DNA of 64,000 nucleotides, taken from the human T2T-CHM13v2.0 reference genome, Homo sapiens. The number at the start of each line of letters is the position of its first letter. Within the stretch, counting starts at the first letter, position 1. The stretch spans positions 44,096,001 through 44,160,000 of the forward strand of contig CP068257.2 of assembly GCA_009914755.4 (NCBI GenBank), given 5' to 3'. Positions 34,229 through 47,420 of the stretch are shown here, one piece after another. Position numbers and translations under genes: made by a program. A model generated the notes under the pieces. The model saw only the letters and a program-made list of their open reading frames with translations, did no database searches and had not been told where the DNA came from.

Positions 34229-34691
34229 ACTAAAAGCATTTCTAAAGGACCTATTTCAGGAGGAGAGAAGGTTGTCTTCTATGGAAAGTCCGAGCTCTAA
34301 GAAGGCATTATAAACAAAGTTGTATGCATGTGAGTAAATTGAACAGGCTTGAGGCAGATGTCTCCTGGGCTAAACCACAAATGGTAGAACTAAAATAATT
34401 GACTCCAAGGTCATGTCAGCAGGAAGGGAATGGAATTAAAGAGTTTTAAGGTCCTGGGATTGCGTGGGTAGAGTGTGGGGACATTAGGCTTTGATAAGTT
34501 ATGTAATTAAGTTTAGAGTAAAAAGAAAAAAATGTATAATGGGGAGAAAAATCCAAAAGAAGGCAAAAGAGGATAGTTGAACACAGAAAGATGAGAAAAG
34601 TAGAAAACACAACATAAAATAGTAAATAAATCCAGACATATTGGAAATGTCTAAAATATTGATGGGCTAGATGATTTAAAAGTTCCATTGA

Positions 34692-35111
<420 letters not shown>

Positions 35112-36374
35112 TCACTCTGAAGACTTATTTCTTCAGCCCGGGGAATTCTATTCTGTCGCCTTTTTGAATGCTGTTTTCTTTCTTTCCGCTCCATGGTCAT
35201 TCCTTCTGGACCTCTTTGGATCTGTTACTGTCTCTTTTTCCCGTCACCTGCATTCTGGAGAGTGCCTTGGCTTCATCTTCTCACTGTCTCTTTGCTCGCA
35301 AGCTGTGTCCATTTTACTCCTAGGTTCACATATTAGGTTTTTATTTTGACAACATTTTTCCTTCTCAGGGTGTCCACTTGCCTCTCTTGCCTGGACAGAG
35401 CATGTGACGGTCACCTTGGACGTGTAAACTAGCGCTTGCCACTTGCTTTGTATGTTCTCAGATGACCGTCCCTCCTTCCAGTCTGGCGTCTCTCTTTCAT
35501 CACATTGGCTTTCCTCAAATACTGTTTCTTTGTTACTCAGTGAGGTTTGTGTTTCCAGAATGCCTCTTGGCCTTTCTGTGGGTGTGGTTGGTCTCTGGTG
35601 AGGACAGTAGGTGAGCCGCGGGATGCTTGTCCTGTGGACGTGAGTGTCCTGGGCCTTGAGGGTGCAGTGACTACCTGAGGCGCTGGCCCTCCCTTCCCCT
35701 CTCTGCCAGCCTTGACCTGGAGCAGACACCACCACTGCCACCGCAACCAGGGAGGATGTCGGAAGGCCCAGCTGCCCAGCGCAGCTCCCGTTATCCTGAT
35801 GGCATCTTGTAACTGGTCTCTCTCTGTGCAACTCTTCCGTGGAATGCACTGTCATTCCTGACACAGGCTCGTGCATTGTGTATTCTGTTTTCGTTGCAAT
35901 TGTTTCTCCATCAATTTCATCTGCCTCCTTTATTTTCTATTGCTGTGTAACCAATGCAAAACTGAGTGGGTTAAAACAACAAATATGTATTATCTAAGAG
36001 ATTTTATGAGTCCAGAATTCAGGGGTACCTTTCGTGGGTGGGTCTGGCTTGGGGTCTCTTTTGAGGCTGCACATCAGCTGGACAGCCCACTTCCAGGGTG
36101 CTCTCACAGGGCAAGGGCAGGAGGCCTCAGCCCAGCACCTTGCGGCCTCCCCACAGGGCTGCGTGCGTGTCTGTGGGATTGCCATTCACTTTTCCTGAGC
36201 AGGCGATTGGAGAGAGAGAGAGAGAGAGCAAGGAGGGGTCACGGGGCCTGCATGTCCCAGTCTCGGGTGTTACACCCTGTCCCTTCTGCCACACTATGTT
36301 CTTTCCATGTGCGTTACCAAGTCAGTCCTGTCTTAAGGGAGGGTAATTGTGCTTCACCTTTTTCTTTTCTTTTC

Positions 36375-36381
<7 letters not shown>

Positions 36382-36410
<29 letters not shown>

Positions 36411-36685
36411 AGACAGAGTCTCACTCTGTCACCCAGGCTGGAGTGCAGTGGCATGATCTTGGCTCAACCTTGCAACTTCTGCCTCCTGGGTTTGGGCGAT
36501 TCTCCTGAGTAGCTGGGATTACAGGCGCCCACCAGCACACCCGGCTAACTTTTTTGTATTTTATTATTTTTAGTAGAGGCAGGGTTTCTCAGTGTTGGCC
36601 CGGCTGGTCTCCTGACCTCAAGTGATCTACCTGCCCCAGCCTCCCAAACTGCCGGGATTACAGGCGTGAGCCACCACGCCCGGCC
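36382..36685 (-). mobile_element. Alu (AluS-like), antisense, 28-nt poly-T
   Basis: 't(28)gagacagagtctcactctgtcacccaggctggagtgcagtggcatgatcttggctcaaccttgcaacttctgcctcctgggtttgggcgattctcc' runs to '..gggattacaggcgtgagccaccacgcccggcc'. Confidence 0.93.
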
Positions 36686-36989
36686 TGTGCTCTGCCTTTT
36701 TAAGAGAGATGTATCCAACAATCTGTGGGCATTTTCTCAAACCACCTCACTCTCATTGAGGACTTCTTGGATTTTCCACGTTCGCCTTGTAGGTAAGGCC
36801 AGCAGCAACCCTTCCAGGGGGTCATGTGAGCCATGGCTTTTCTGTCTCATCACTTTTGTGGTTACTTTCATTGCCTTTTCTTTTAGGATAGGTTTTCTCT
36901 AGGTAATTTAACTTAAAGGGACAGTAAGTATCCACATCTTCCTTGCTGCTTGCTTAGGATTGAGGTTGACACATACCTCTTAGAAGGCC

Positions 36990-37770
36990 GGACGTTTGGT
37001 CACCGGAGCAGCAGTGCTCGGCGACTCTCCGGAGGTGCCCCCTCTGGCTTTCCGCTCGGTCAGCTGAGCCGCACAAGCAGCAGTGGCGCTGCCCCTACAT
37101 GGGGCATGCTTTGCAGGGCTGAGGTTTTGCAGTTCCCACCATTGAGGGCTGTAACATTTCTCTATTTCTGGCTTAGAATGTGTGTAGGATGATAATTATT
37201 TATTCAGCATTCATTCCGCTCACGCTGTGCTCCGACCACACACCAGGCTCTGCGTGCGGTGCTGGCACAGTCTCAGGACTCCGCTTCTCAGCTGTAGGGC
37301 TCAGGGTGCAGTGGAGAAGGCGCGAAGGGGCTGCCCGCGGATGGATTTGTTCCCTTGGCCTTTCACTGTTGCTCCTCTCACTCTCTTCTCCTAAACTCGG
37401 CGTAGAGGAGCATCCTCAGGAGAAACAGGAAGAGGCAAAGTTCACTGCAAAGTTTTTTTTGGGTTGAACGCCTGTAGGATAAGAATAGCAGAGGGCACCC
37501 CCAGATGAGATGCGGCCGTGGTCGAGCATCAGGATCGTCTGCCTGCGCCCACCAGTGTGGTCCGGGAGCAGGGAGGTGGCAGAGCCAGGGCCGCGCCCTC
37601 CCCGCGGGTCTCCCGTGCTGCTCGCTGGCGGTTGGTTTCATCAGTGCCCTGGCGAGTGTCGCTGGTTGCACGTGGGCACTGCCCACACAGAGCGAATTCT
37701 CAGGCAGGCCCCCTTCCTCTCTCTCCCCGGAAGCTGCTTCATGGCACTCCCTCCCTTTGCCCTTGGCCGT
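36990..37770. promoter_or_regulatory. Candidate weak CpG island (possible unmethylated promoter/5' exon region)
   Basis: By eye I count about 45 CpG in about 800 bp at roughly 58% GC, an observed/expected ratio near 0.65. Clusters include 'ccggacgtttggtcaccggagcagcagtgctcggcgactctccggagg', 'gaaggcgcgaaggggctgcccgcggatgg' and 'gccgcgccctccccgcgggtctcccgtgctgctcgctggcgg'. The segment lies between two Alus. No exon can be defined. Confidence 0.35.
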
Positions 37771-38010
37771 GGGAACCTCTAGGTTGATCACTGGGTCATT
37801 GGATCTGCTTTTAGTTAGCCTTGATTTTTGTCTGCATTAAACAATTAAATGAGCTTCTAATAATACGGTGTTTTGAATGTCATGCATGGCTTTTCCTGTT
37901 GAAACATCTGCAGAAAAAAAATAGCTTTATTATTTGTGAGTGAAGCTGTCTAGCTCCTCCCTTTTGTTCTTAGTGAGATAATTGCTTTTGTAATACAAAG
38001 TTTCTCATTC

Positions 38011-38323
<313 letters not shown>

Positions 38324-40948
38324 AGTAATACAAAGTTTCTTGAATTCAACAATTGTGCTATAGCAAAACAAGCTGGCTGTGTATTAGTTAACCCGCCAAG
38401 TGAGGGGTGCTGCATGTTCTGACCCTATTTCTGACCACTTCCGTTAACCCTGCTGCCCACCATGGAGCCTCTCTCAGAAACTTCAGCTGCAGGCTGAAGG
38501 CAGGGGGCTTGCAGAGAAGCTTTTGCTGCAGTTTTCTGGACGGTGGGCAGGCAGCTGTGCTTAGGAGTACACCTGGGGTACATGGAGTCAGCCAGCTCAA
38601 GAGTGTTTTCAAGCTTTTAATTTAAAACAAATCACAGAATGTAAAAAATAGCTTTATAATGTTAGTTTTCCATTTACCACATTCTAGCAAGGGAAAGAGT
38701 GGTGCCATCGTCTGTGTGCTTGCTAAGTGATAATTATAAGCGTGGAGACAGATGTGCGCTTCCTGGGAACGGGCTGGGGCTATGCCGGAGAAGCTTTGCT
38801 CTTGGAAGGGGGGAGGTCTGGGAGTTTGGCTGCAGAGCCTTGGAGCTGGACAGGAAGGATCAGTGGTCGAGGCCCCGGGTGGGCCATGGGGCCTGGGCCA
38901 GCCTGTGGCGAGACGTGGACTTGCTGCTGTCCATGTGTGAGTACAGCCCATAGAATGGACACCTGCTGGTGTGTGTGCAGAGGGCATGGGTGTGCCTGAA
39001 ACAGCATGGTGCAGGGTCAGTGGGCAGCTGCTGAGTTGGGGATGGTGCCCTTTAGGGGAAGGTGGGGGTAGACAGAGAGGCATGAGCAGATATCCCTGTG
39101 GACTTGGGTGACTGGGCACCAGGGTGACCCTCCAGGGGTGCCAGGATATCTGTGCTGAGAGGAGAGGGTGGCCAGGCTGGGGCCTGGGAAACCCTTCCCA
39201 CAGCACCATCTGCATCATCAGGTTGGGGCGGGCATTGGCCAGATGAAAACAGGTGAGGTAATCAGATTTTTTGTTTCATAAAAATTATGGTCCTGAAGTG
39301 AAGTTGGTAGAAACAACAAGTTAAATAGGAGGACAGCTCAAATAGAGAAAACCCCTCAGTCACACCAAGTCAGCAGCTACAGTGAGGAGCTGCGAATGTG
39401 CTCTCCCGGCGGGCTGGGCCTGCCAGACCCCAGGGTGCGCGCTGCCCCTCCCCGTGGGGCTCCTGGGACTGGTGAGGGCACCGAGGACAGTGCCATGCTG
39501 GTCCTGGGAGGGTTTGCCAGCGCGGCTCTTCCATTGTCTGCCTTCCTGAGGGGTCGGGGGCTTGTCTCCTGGCTCCTGCCTCCTGGATGGTCCCTAGGAG
39601 TCCCCTCATGTCCAGACATCGGCTTCAGTTTAGGGCTATGGGGACTTCCACAGGGACGACTGTTCTCTGGAGTAACTGTGGATGATGTTGATAAGAAAAT
39701 ACAGAAACAAGTCATTCCTCCTGAATAAGCACTGGCGATGTGCTTCCTTCATGTTCCTGAGAACGGGGAAGGCTCAAATTTTGTTCAGTCTCATAATTGT
39801 GCTGAAAAATAATGTATTCAAGTGGACGCCTTCAGAAGTCTCCCGGAGCCTGGAAGGATGAGTGCAGTAACGTTAATGGTCAGTGATGTTGGATGTGGGC
39901 TACTGTGCCTTTTAAATGTGGAAATGTTGGCACAGTTAAAGCAGCATTTTCTCCCATGGTCTTGTCTCCTGTGGGACTGACGTGGGTCCGTACAACATCG
40001 TCATCCACGGCTTCACAGTCCCAGGCTGAGGATGTAGGGAGCAGCGGCATTGACCAGCCATCCTTAGTGAGGCGCCTGCCCTGCAGACTGGCCGCTGGAG
40101 TGGCTGGCCACGCTTTGATGTGTTGCTGTGCCTCACATGACTTTCTCCTCCTCAGATACCACCAGCGATGGACCGGATTGTGCCCCCAAGTTCACGTGTT
40201 GAAGCCCAAACCCCTAGTATGACTGCTTTTGGAGTCGGGGCCCTTGGGAGGTGATTAAGGTTACTGAGGTCATAAGGGTGGGCCCGAATTTGAGAGGACT
40301 ATGGCCTTGTAAGAGGAGGAAGGGATGCGAGAGCTGTCTCTCTCTCTGCACCCATGTGAGGACACAGCAGGGAGGCAGCCATCTGCAAAACCGAGGAAGA
40401 ACACCGGCACCAGATTCCAACCCAGCCAGCACCCTGATCTCCATTTCCAGCTTCCGTGGAAGCCCCCAGTCTGTGGTGTTCTGTTATGGCAGCTGAGCAG
40501 ATGAAAGCACTTTTTACCTCACGGTTACACTTTTGGGAAAGCAGCCTGCAGTTGGCCTGTGTGAGCACAGGCCCCAGCAGATGCCCACAGATGTCCCCGT
40601 CACTCATTGGTCATTGAAAAGACTGGAGGGAAGAGGCCGATTTCCTCTCAACAGGAAAGGTGTGTAGCTGCCAGGACTCTGCCTATCCTGAGAGTCTCCT
40701 TTCTCCCTTAGGGCTTCATAGCCAGTTAACTTGTGCATTATTTAGAGCTTTTTCTTTCTTTCTTTAAAAAAAGAAAAAACCAAATGAGAAAGCCAACACA
40801 ATCAACAACAACAACAAGAGTGGTATCATTACAGTCTGTCAGACACTGACTAGAAACATGTTCACTTTCACACACACACTCACTCACTAACACAGTACTC
40901 AGTTTTGACCCTGACAGCAGCTCTGTGAGGGGTCACTCCCCTCCCCCC

Positions 40949-41530
40949 TTTTAATTGAGGCATAATTCACATAACATAAACTGTGCCGTTTTCAAGTGTA
41001 TAAGTCAGTGGCATTGAGCACAGTCTTCATGCTACGCAGCCACCACGTCTGCCTACTTCCAGAACATTCTCACCCCCCCAAAGTAAAGCCCTGTGCCCGT
41101 TAAGCAGTCCCTCCCAATCCCCCCTTTCCCCAGCCCCTGGCAGCCACTAGTCTAATTTCTGTCTACAGATTTGCCCATGCTGGGTATTTAATATAAATGG
41201 AACCACACAGCGTCTGGCTTCTTTCACTTGCATCCTGTTTTTGAGGTTTATCTGCATCATCGTAGCATGTGTCAGAATTTCATTCCTTTTTATGGCTGAA
41301 TCATGTTCTGTTGTATGAATATACCACATCCACTTATTGATTAGTGACATTGGTTTTTTTCCTGCTCTTCGGCTATTGTGAATAGTACCACCATGAACAT
41401 TCTTTTACAAGTTTTTGTTTGACACCTCTTTTCAGTTCCTTAGGAGTGGACCTGGGGGACACGTAGAGACTCTGTGTTAACTGACTGAGGAACCACCAGA
41501 CCGTTTTCCACAGCAGCCGCACTGCACTGT
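40949..41530 (-). mobile_element. Old LINE-1 (L1M-type) 3' end, antisense
   Basis: 'gaggcataattcacataacataaactgtgccgttttcaagtgtataagtcagtggcattgagcacagtcttcatgctacgcagccaccac', 'cagcccctggcagccactagtctaatttctgtctacagatttgcccatgctgggtatttaatataaatggaaccacacagcgtctggcttctttcacttgcat', 'ttcattcctttttatggctgaatcatgttctgttgtatgaatataccacat' and 'ggctattgtgaatagtaccaccatgaacattc' are all L1 3'-end antisense blocks. Confidence 0.88.
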
Positions 41531-41535
41531 TTTGC

Positions 41536-41660
41536 CTTCTTGAGGTGGCACTTTTTTATCCCCATTTTAAGAAATGGGGCATGGGGAGGTAAAAGGACTT
41601 GCTCAGGATAGGACAGACCTTCGTGGTGAGGCAGCTCTGTGCTGGCCAGTCGGGAGGCCA
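41536..41660 (-). mobile_element. MIR (SINE) core fragment
   Basis: 'tccccattttaagaaatggggcatggggaggtaaaaggacttgctcaggataggacag' resembles the MIR core in reverse orientation, 'ccccattttacagatgaggaaactgaggcacagagaggttaagtaacttgcccaaggtcacacag'. Confidence 0.4.
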
Positions 41661-42564
41661 TGGCAGGGTCTCTGCTCCTGCTCCGGTGCTCATGTCAGGC
41701 CCCAGGCCCCTGCAGGTGGTGCCCTAGAGGGCACTGACAGGCTCTCAGAGAGGAGGGGGCCTGTGCTGGTCCTGAGCAGGCAGAGGGAGGGCTGTTAGAG
41801 GGGCAGGCAGTGTGAGCAAGGGCACAGATCCTGCTGTTGTTTAGTGAACTCTAGCAGGTTTGTTTTTGCTTGATTGTTTGAGAAGGATGCCTGTAGTTTT
41901 AGGACCAGTGTCACTACCCACGTTGGCCACAGGCCATGGTGCCAGTGTCCTTGCTGCCACGATGCACCAGCTTCTGTCTTGCAGGTGGCTGGCTGCTTCC
42001 CTCCCAGCTGCACTGGGGCACACACTGTGGGGCAGTTGCCTTCTCACCCTTTGGTGGGGAGAGCCTGGGCTGTGGGGTGCCTCTGTGTGTGGCCGTGTGG
42101 TGCCTGCTGAGGCCTAGCCCTGCGTGGGCCTTTGCTGATGCTCCCTGCGTGGGTGGCAGTGAGCCACCCTCACGTTTCTCAGCGAAAGCACTTGGACAAG
42201 ATGAAGGTTTCCAGCACTGCGAGACTCTCACGTCTGTTATATTGTGTTATACTTGGCTGTGGTTTTGCTTACAGTAAATTCCTGAAGGCGTTTCTGTTGC
42301 TCAGTGGAAATCACTGGCAGAATTCTTGTTACTGAGCATCAGACTGTGGGGCACCGTCATGGTGTCTTAGGGGTGTCAAAGCAGATGCATTTGAGGGGAG
42401 ATGTATTCACATTTTCCAGTATATCATTACCACATTCTTGTGTGATAGCTTCCTGGTAATTCAACTTGATTTAGTGTAGTACAGCAGCACAACTTTTCCT
42501 TTCTGAGTTGTGGAGATTTAAATTTGTTGAGCAAAGGAAACACTGAAGAGGACTCAGAACACTC

Positions 42565-42625
42565 CAGTTGAGTGCACACACTGCATGAAGCTGATGGCTC
42601 TGCCTCCTGCTACTTTTACCCCATT
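42565..42625. repeat. Left copy of a ~60-bp inverted repeat pair (partner at 44575-44640)
   Basis: 'cagaacactccagttgagtgcacacactgcatgaagctgatggctctgcctcctgctacttt' is about 93% identical to the reverse complement of 44575-44640. The six-frame track shows the same peptides on opposite strands: 'MHTLHEADGSASCYF' (+ at 42572, - at 44398) and 'KVAGGRAISFMQCVH' (- at 42554, + at 44578). Confidence 0.85.
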
Positions 42626-44574
42626 GCACTGGTGTGCTTTGCCCTCCCCATGGTGGCAGCAGGCTTTCCCAGGGCGCCATCTGCAGTTGGAGGCCTGGCT
42701 GAGGACGTGCTGTGCCTGCCCTGTGAGCAGGGAGCCAGGCACCCCTGGCCTGCAGTGCTATCGTCCCCTCGTCTCCACGACAGGCACCTCTGCCTGTTCC
42801 GTCTGACTCGGGGATGCCAGAGCTCCAAGGCGCAATCAGGGCATGATGACCGATGGCAGGAGGTGAGCACGTGTCAGGACTTCCAGGAGGACGGTGTCTC
42901 TGCTTCTCTGTTCAGGGCTGTTTGGGGATTGTTACCAGAAGTAAGGTTCAGGCTTTGTGTGGCACTGGCTACAGACTGCATTGCCTGTGCTGACTTAGCT
43001 CAGCCTCAGCCCCTCTTTCATTTGTTTCTCCACTGAATCCTTGTCTTCTTGCATTCACTGGGCATTGGCTAAGGCCCAGCTCAGTTCCAGGGCCCCACAA
43101 GACACTGTGGGTGGCATGAGATGGGTGGGTTTTCCCACAGTGCTCTCTCATGGTTATTCTGTTATTTGAATTGAGTGTACACAGGTTTCTACAGTTGAGG
43201 GAGTGTTGGACGACCCATTCCTCAGGGTAAAACTCGCCCTCCCAAACCTGTCCCTGAGTGCAGGTGACAGTGCGTGCTCACCATTAGAAGACGCGGGTGC
43301 TCACGCAGGGCTGTCTGCTGCCTGTGCTGGGACTGTGGGCGCATCGCCTGTGCGTGCAGCTGGAGCACCTGCGTCTCTGAAATGAAAGGGATCTTCAAAT
43401 GGGCGGCCCCTACTGTGCTTTGTTCAGTTTAATTCTTAGAACCGCCTATCCAGGCCGGTCTTGTGTTCCCCCTACAGAGGAGAGAACTGGTGTCTGGACC
43501 TTTTAGGTGCCTTCTCTGAAACTCTGGGTTGGCGTGCAGGCCAGCCTGCCTCTGCCCCACCCATGGTTGCAGGTTCTCTCTGGGGTCCTAAAGTCCTGCA
43601 TTTCTGCCTTGCCAGGTCTTCACTCTGGCTGGCCGTCTCTCGTAGGCAGGCCTCTGGAGTGTAACTAGTGTGTGATATTCAGGGAGGGAAAATGGGCCGC
43701 TCGTTTCACAAGTGATAGAAATGTGACGTGACATATTTCAGAGAAAGCTTAACAGTACGGCAGCTCTGTGACTCAGCCCAGCAGAAACTGCATCTCTTGT
43801 TAGGAAAAATACACTTTATTATTGAGTCTGTGGGAAGACAAAATGGAAGAAGAACTTTTCTGGACATTGTTTAGCCTGCAGGAGGTTTTGTTTAGCCCTG
43901 AGGCACACAGTGGGCCGTGGAGATGGTAGTGCTCACCACCACAGGACATGGTGAACGCCGGGGGGTTGGCAGGTGGCGGCCTCGTGTTGGACATGGTGCA
44001 TAATCGACGGCGACCCGGCCTCCCTCCTTGTGTCCGTCTGAACGGCGCCCCTGAACTCCGCCGAAGGGGCGCCTCCTCTCCCCTGAAGTCAAATTAGCGA
44101 ACAGAAGATTAAGAATATGGAAAGTAAATGAAATTTTGATCATTTCTTCTCATGATTACAGTTCCTCTAGACTTTATCTAAAGCTATTTTGAAGCCAAAT
44201 ATAATTTTTTATTCATATTTCCTTTTCTTTTTAGACTATCGTTTTACAATTTTTAATCTCTTGTTTCATTGAGTTTTTCTTTTCCTTCTTGTCTCTGAAA
44301 GCACATAGCAGGCCATTGACTAAAATAACCTGTTTCTTTTTGTGCATATTTCTGAACATGCATTCTTCTACCTTCTGCTGTGTTGTTGTGTTTTTCTTCA
44401 TGTGGCAGAGATTTTTTTATGGCTTCTGTGTTTCTTTCTTTCTGTTTGCTGCTCCCTGAAGGAGAAGTCAGTGCTGGTCTTGCCTTCTTCCCAGCGTGCA
44501 TGTATGGACATTTTCTGCTGTGAGCCCTCATTTTTCACCGGGATCTCCTTTAAGGTTATTCGGACCCTGAGCTG

Positions 44575-44640
44575 GATGTGAAAGTAGCAGGAGGCAGAGC
44601 CATCAGCTTCATGCAATGTGTGCACACCAGTTCTGGGTCC
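44575..44640. repeat. Right copy of the ~60-bp inverted repeat pair
   Basis: 'gtgaaagtagcaggaggcagagccatcagcttcatgcaatgtgtgcacaccagttctgg' is the reverse complement of 'ccagaactggtgtgcacacattgcatgaagctgatggctctgcctcctgctactttcac'. Confidence 0.85.
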
Positions 44641-45339
44641 CCCCCAGCCTTGTGGGGTGCTGAAAGGGGGCTTGGTGGCCTCTGGTCCCATGTGGCACCC
44701 TGTGTGGCTGGGGCCAGCCTCTGCAGCCATGTATCCCCAGCATCTCCCTCACCCACTGCCTCCATGGCACACTGCTTTTCAGGAAGGGCAGGAGAGGGGC
44801 CTCTAGAACCCGCTGCCCATGCCGTCACATGGGAGCTTGCGGAGGGCCCTGCATCTGTGCTTTCCAGTGGTTTGTTTTCCTGATTTCTTCAATCAATTCA
44901 GTGGAAATTTGGGAAAGATGGAGTGTAAACATGTGTGCCTGAATCACCTGTCTCCCTTAGCCAGTCCTCATGTCCTGGCCGGAAGGCCTGCTCTTCCTTC
45001 CCCCTGGCTCAGCCAGGGGTCTGCATTGCTGTCCATTGATAGAATTGTTGGTGCTTTATGATCCAGCTGCTCTTGTTGCCTTGAACCAGGATTTGAATAT
45101 TGTAACATTAAGTTTTTTGCATGTTTATGTCCAGTAGATTATGTATTTTGAGACTAGACAGTGGGCTAATTAATATTCCACACGGGGTCCCATGGGACGC
45201 ATGTTCATGATGAGGTCACTAAAGTTCTGTCTCAAGCACATGGTGGGCGTTCAGTAAAGACTTAGAGATTTCGGTTGACCAGACATTTAGCATTAATTAG
45301 CAGTTTAGTGTGGTGGGTGACTGAAAAGTAAATGTAAGC

Positions 45340-45870
45340 TTTGAGCATTTTCAGAGCATCATTTTGTCTAAAATTAATCAGTATATTTCACCGTCTTAAC
45401 AAACTAAAAACGAAAAACAGTATCATTTTAGAATATGCAGTGAGATCATTTGACAAAATGCAACACTCCTTTCAGATACAAACGTTCAAGAAACTGACAA
45501 TAGAAGGAATCTTCCTCAGATGCATGGTATTTATGAAAAATCTAGAGCTAACCTCGTATTTGATGGCGCAAGACTGAATACTTTCCCCTAAGATGAGGAG
45601 TAAGGCAAGGAAACCTGCTCTCATCTCTTCTATTCAGTATTTTACTGGAGGTTCTAGCAAGTTCAATAGTCAAGAAAGAGGCATTGGAATTGAAAAAGAA
45701 GAAGTAAAACTGTCTTTCCTCTCAGTCAGCATGTTTGACCCTATAGTACCTACTGCAGAATCAAAACAAAGCTCCTGAACTAATGAGTAAGTTTATCAAG
45801 GCTGCAGGATGTAAGATCAGCATACAAAAATCAATTGTATATCTGTATACCAGCAACAAATAATTAAATA
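45340..45870 (+). mobile_element. Old LINE-1 (L1M-type) ORF2 (RT region) fragment, sense; left half of an element split by the nested L1 at 45880-53495
   Basis: Translation gives '..NKLKTKNSIILEYAVRSFDKMQHSFQIQTFKKLTIEGIFL..' and '..KPALISSIQYFTGGSSKFNSQERGIGIEKEEVKLSFLSVSMF'. This parallels L1 ORF2p '[33 protein letters not shown]...[45 protein letters not shown]'. The same element resumes at 53500. Confidence 0.8.
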
Positions 45871-47420
45871 TTAAAGTAAATTATTAGTTTTTTGTTAACC
45901 TATTTATTTAATTATACAAATTTATGGGACACGTGAAATTTTGTTACATGTGTATAATGTGTAGTGATCAAGTCAGGATATTTAAGGTGTCCATCACCTG
46001 AATACAATATAGTTTTGTTAAATACATTCACCCTACTCTGATATTATTGGGTTTATTCCATCTATCTTACTGAAGGTTTGTAATCCACTTCCTTTCCTCT
46101 TCATCCTCTCCCCTAACCCCCATTCACCCTTCCTAGTCTCTAGTATTTATCTTTCCATTGTGTACCTCCATGTGATCAAATTTTTTAGCTTCTACATATA
46201 GGTGAGAACATAAGATATTTGTCTTTTTGTGCCTGGCTTATTTCACTTAAGGTAATGACTTTGAGTTCCATCCTTGTTGCTGCAACTGACATGGTTTTAT
46301 TCTTTTTTAAGGCTGCATAGTATTCCTTTGTGTATATATACTACATCTTCTCTATCCATTCACCCTTTGATCAATACTTAGGTTGATTCCATATCTTATT
46401 ATTGTGAATAGTACTGCAATAAACATAGGAGTGCAGGTACTACTTTGATATACTGATTTTATTTCCTTTGGGTAGATACCCAGTAGTGGGATTGCTTGAT
46501 TTAATGGTAATTTTATTTTTAGTTTTTTTGAAAAATCTCTGTACTGTTTTCCATAGTGGCTGTACTCGTTTACATTCCCACCAATGATATATAAGTATTT
46601 TCTTTTTCCTGCATCCTCACCAACACCTGTTATTTTTTTATTATGGCCATTCTATTTTTAATAACAGCCATTCTGAATGGTTCAAGATGACATCTCATTG
46701 TGGTTTTGATTTGCGTTTCTCTGGTGATTAATTATGTTGAACATTTTTTTCACATACTTCTTGGCTGTTTGTGTGTCTTCTTTTAAGAAATGTCTATTAA
46801 GGTCCTTTGTTCACTTTTTAGTGGGACTATTTGTTTTTTTCCCTTTTGATTGAGTTCCCTTTATATTCTGGATGTTAGTCCTCTGTCAGAAGAATAATTT
46901 GCAAATATTTTCTCCCTATTCAACAGGTTGTCTTTTCACTCTGCTGATTGTTTTCTTTGCTGTGCAGAAGCTTTTTAATTTAATATAGTTCCATTTGTCT
47001 ATTTTTGTTTTTGTTGCCTATGCTTTTGCGGTCTTAGTCATAAATTCTTTGCCTAGACCAATGTCCGGGAGAGTTTTCCCTAGGTTTTCTTCTAGTATTT
47101 TTATAGTTCCATGTCTTACATTTAAGTATTTTTATAGTTTCAGGTCTTACAGTTAAGTATTTTTATAGTTTCAGGTCTTACATTTTAAGTATTTAATCCA
47201 TTTTGAATTGATTTTTGTGTATGGTGAGAGATAAGGTCGAATTTTATTCTTCTGCATGTGGCTATCCAATTTTTTCCACCACCGTTTATTGAAGAGGGTG
47301 TCCTTTTCCCCCAGTGTAAGTTCTTGTCAGCTTTGTTGAAGATTATGTTGAACATTTTTTCACATACTTCTTGGCTGTTTGTGTGTCTTCTTTTAAGAAA
47401 TGTCTATTCATGTCCTTTGT

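Noticed and set aside
35244-35876. 210-aa minus-strand ORF in non-repeat DNA (MHEPVSGMTVHSTEELHRERPVTRCHQDNGSCAGQLG...)
   Set aside because: I recognise no domain or family. The composition is ordinary. In 64 kb of GC-rich sequence an ORF of this length is expected by chance. There is no splice or Kozak context I can support. Left uncalled.
35871-36512. 213-aa + ORF
   Set aside because: It runs through the (GA)n tract and into the poly-T and body of the antisense Alu at 36382-36685 ([23 protein letters not shown]). It is an Alu read-through artefact.
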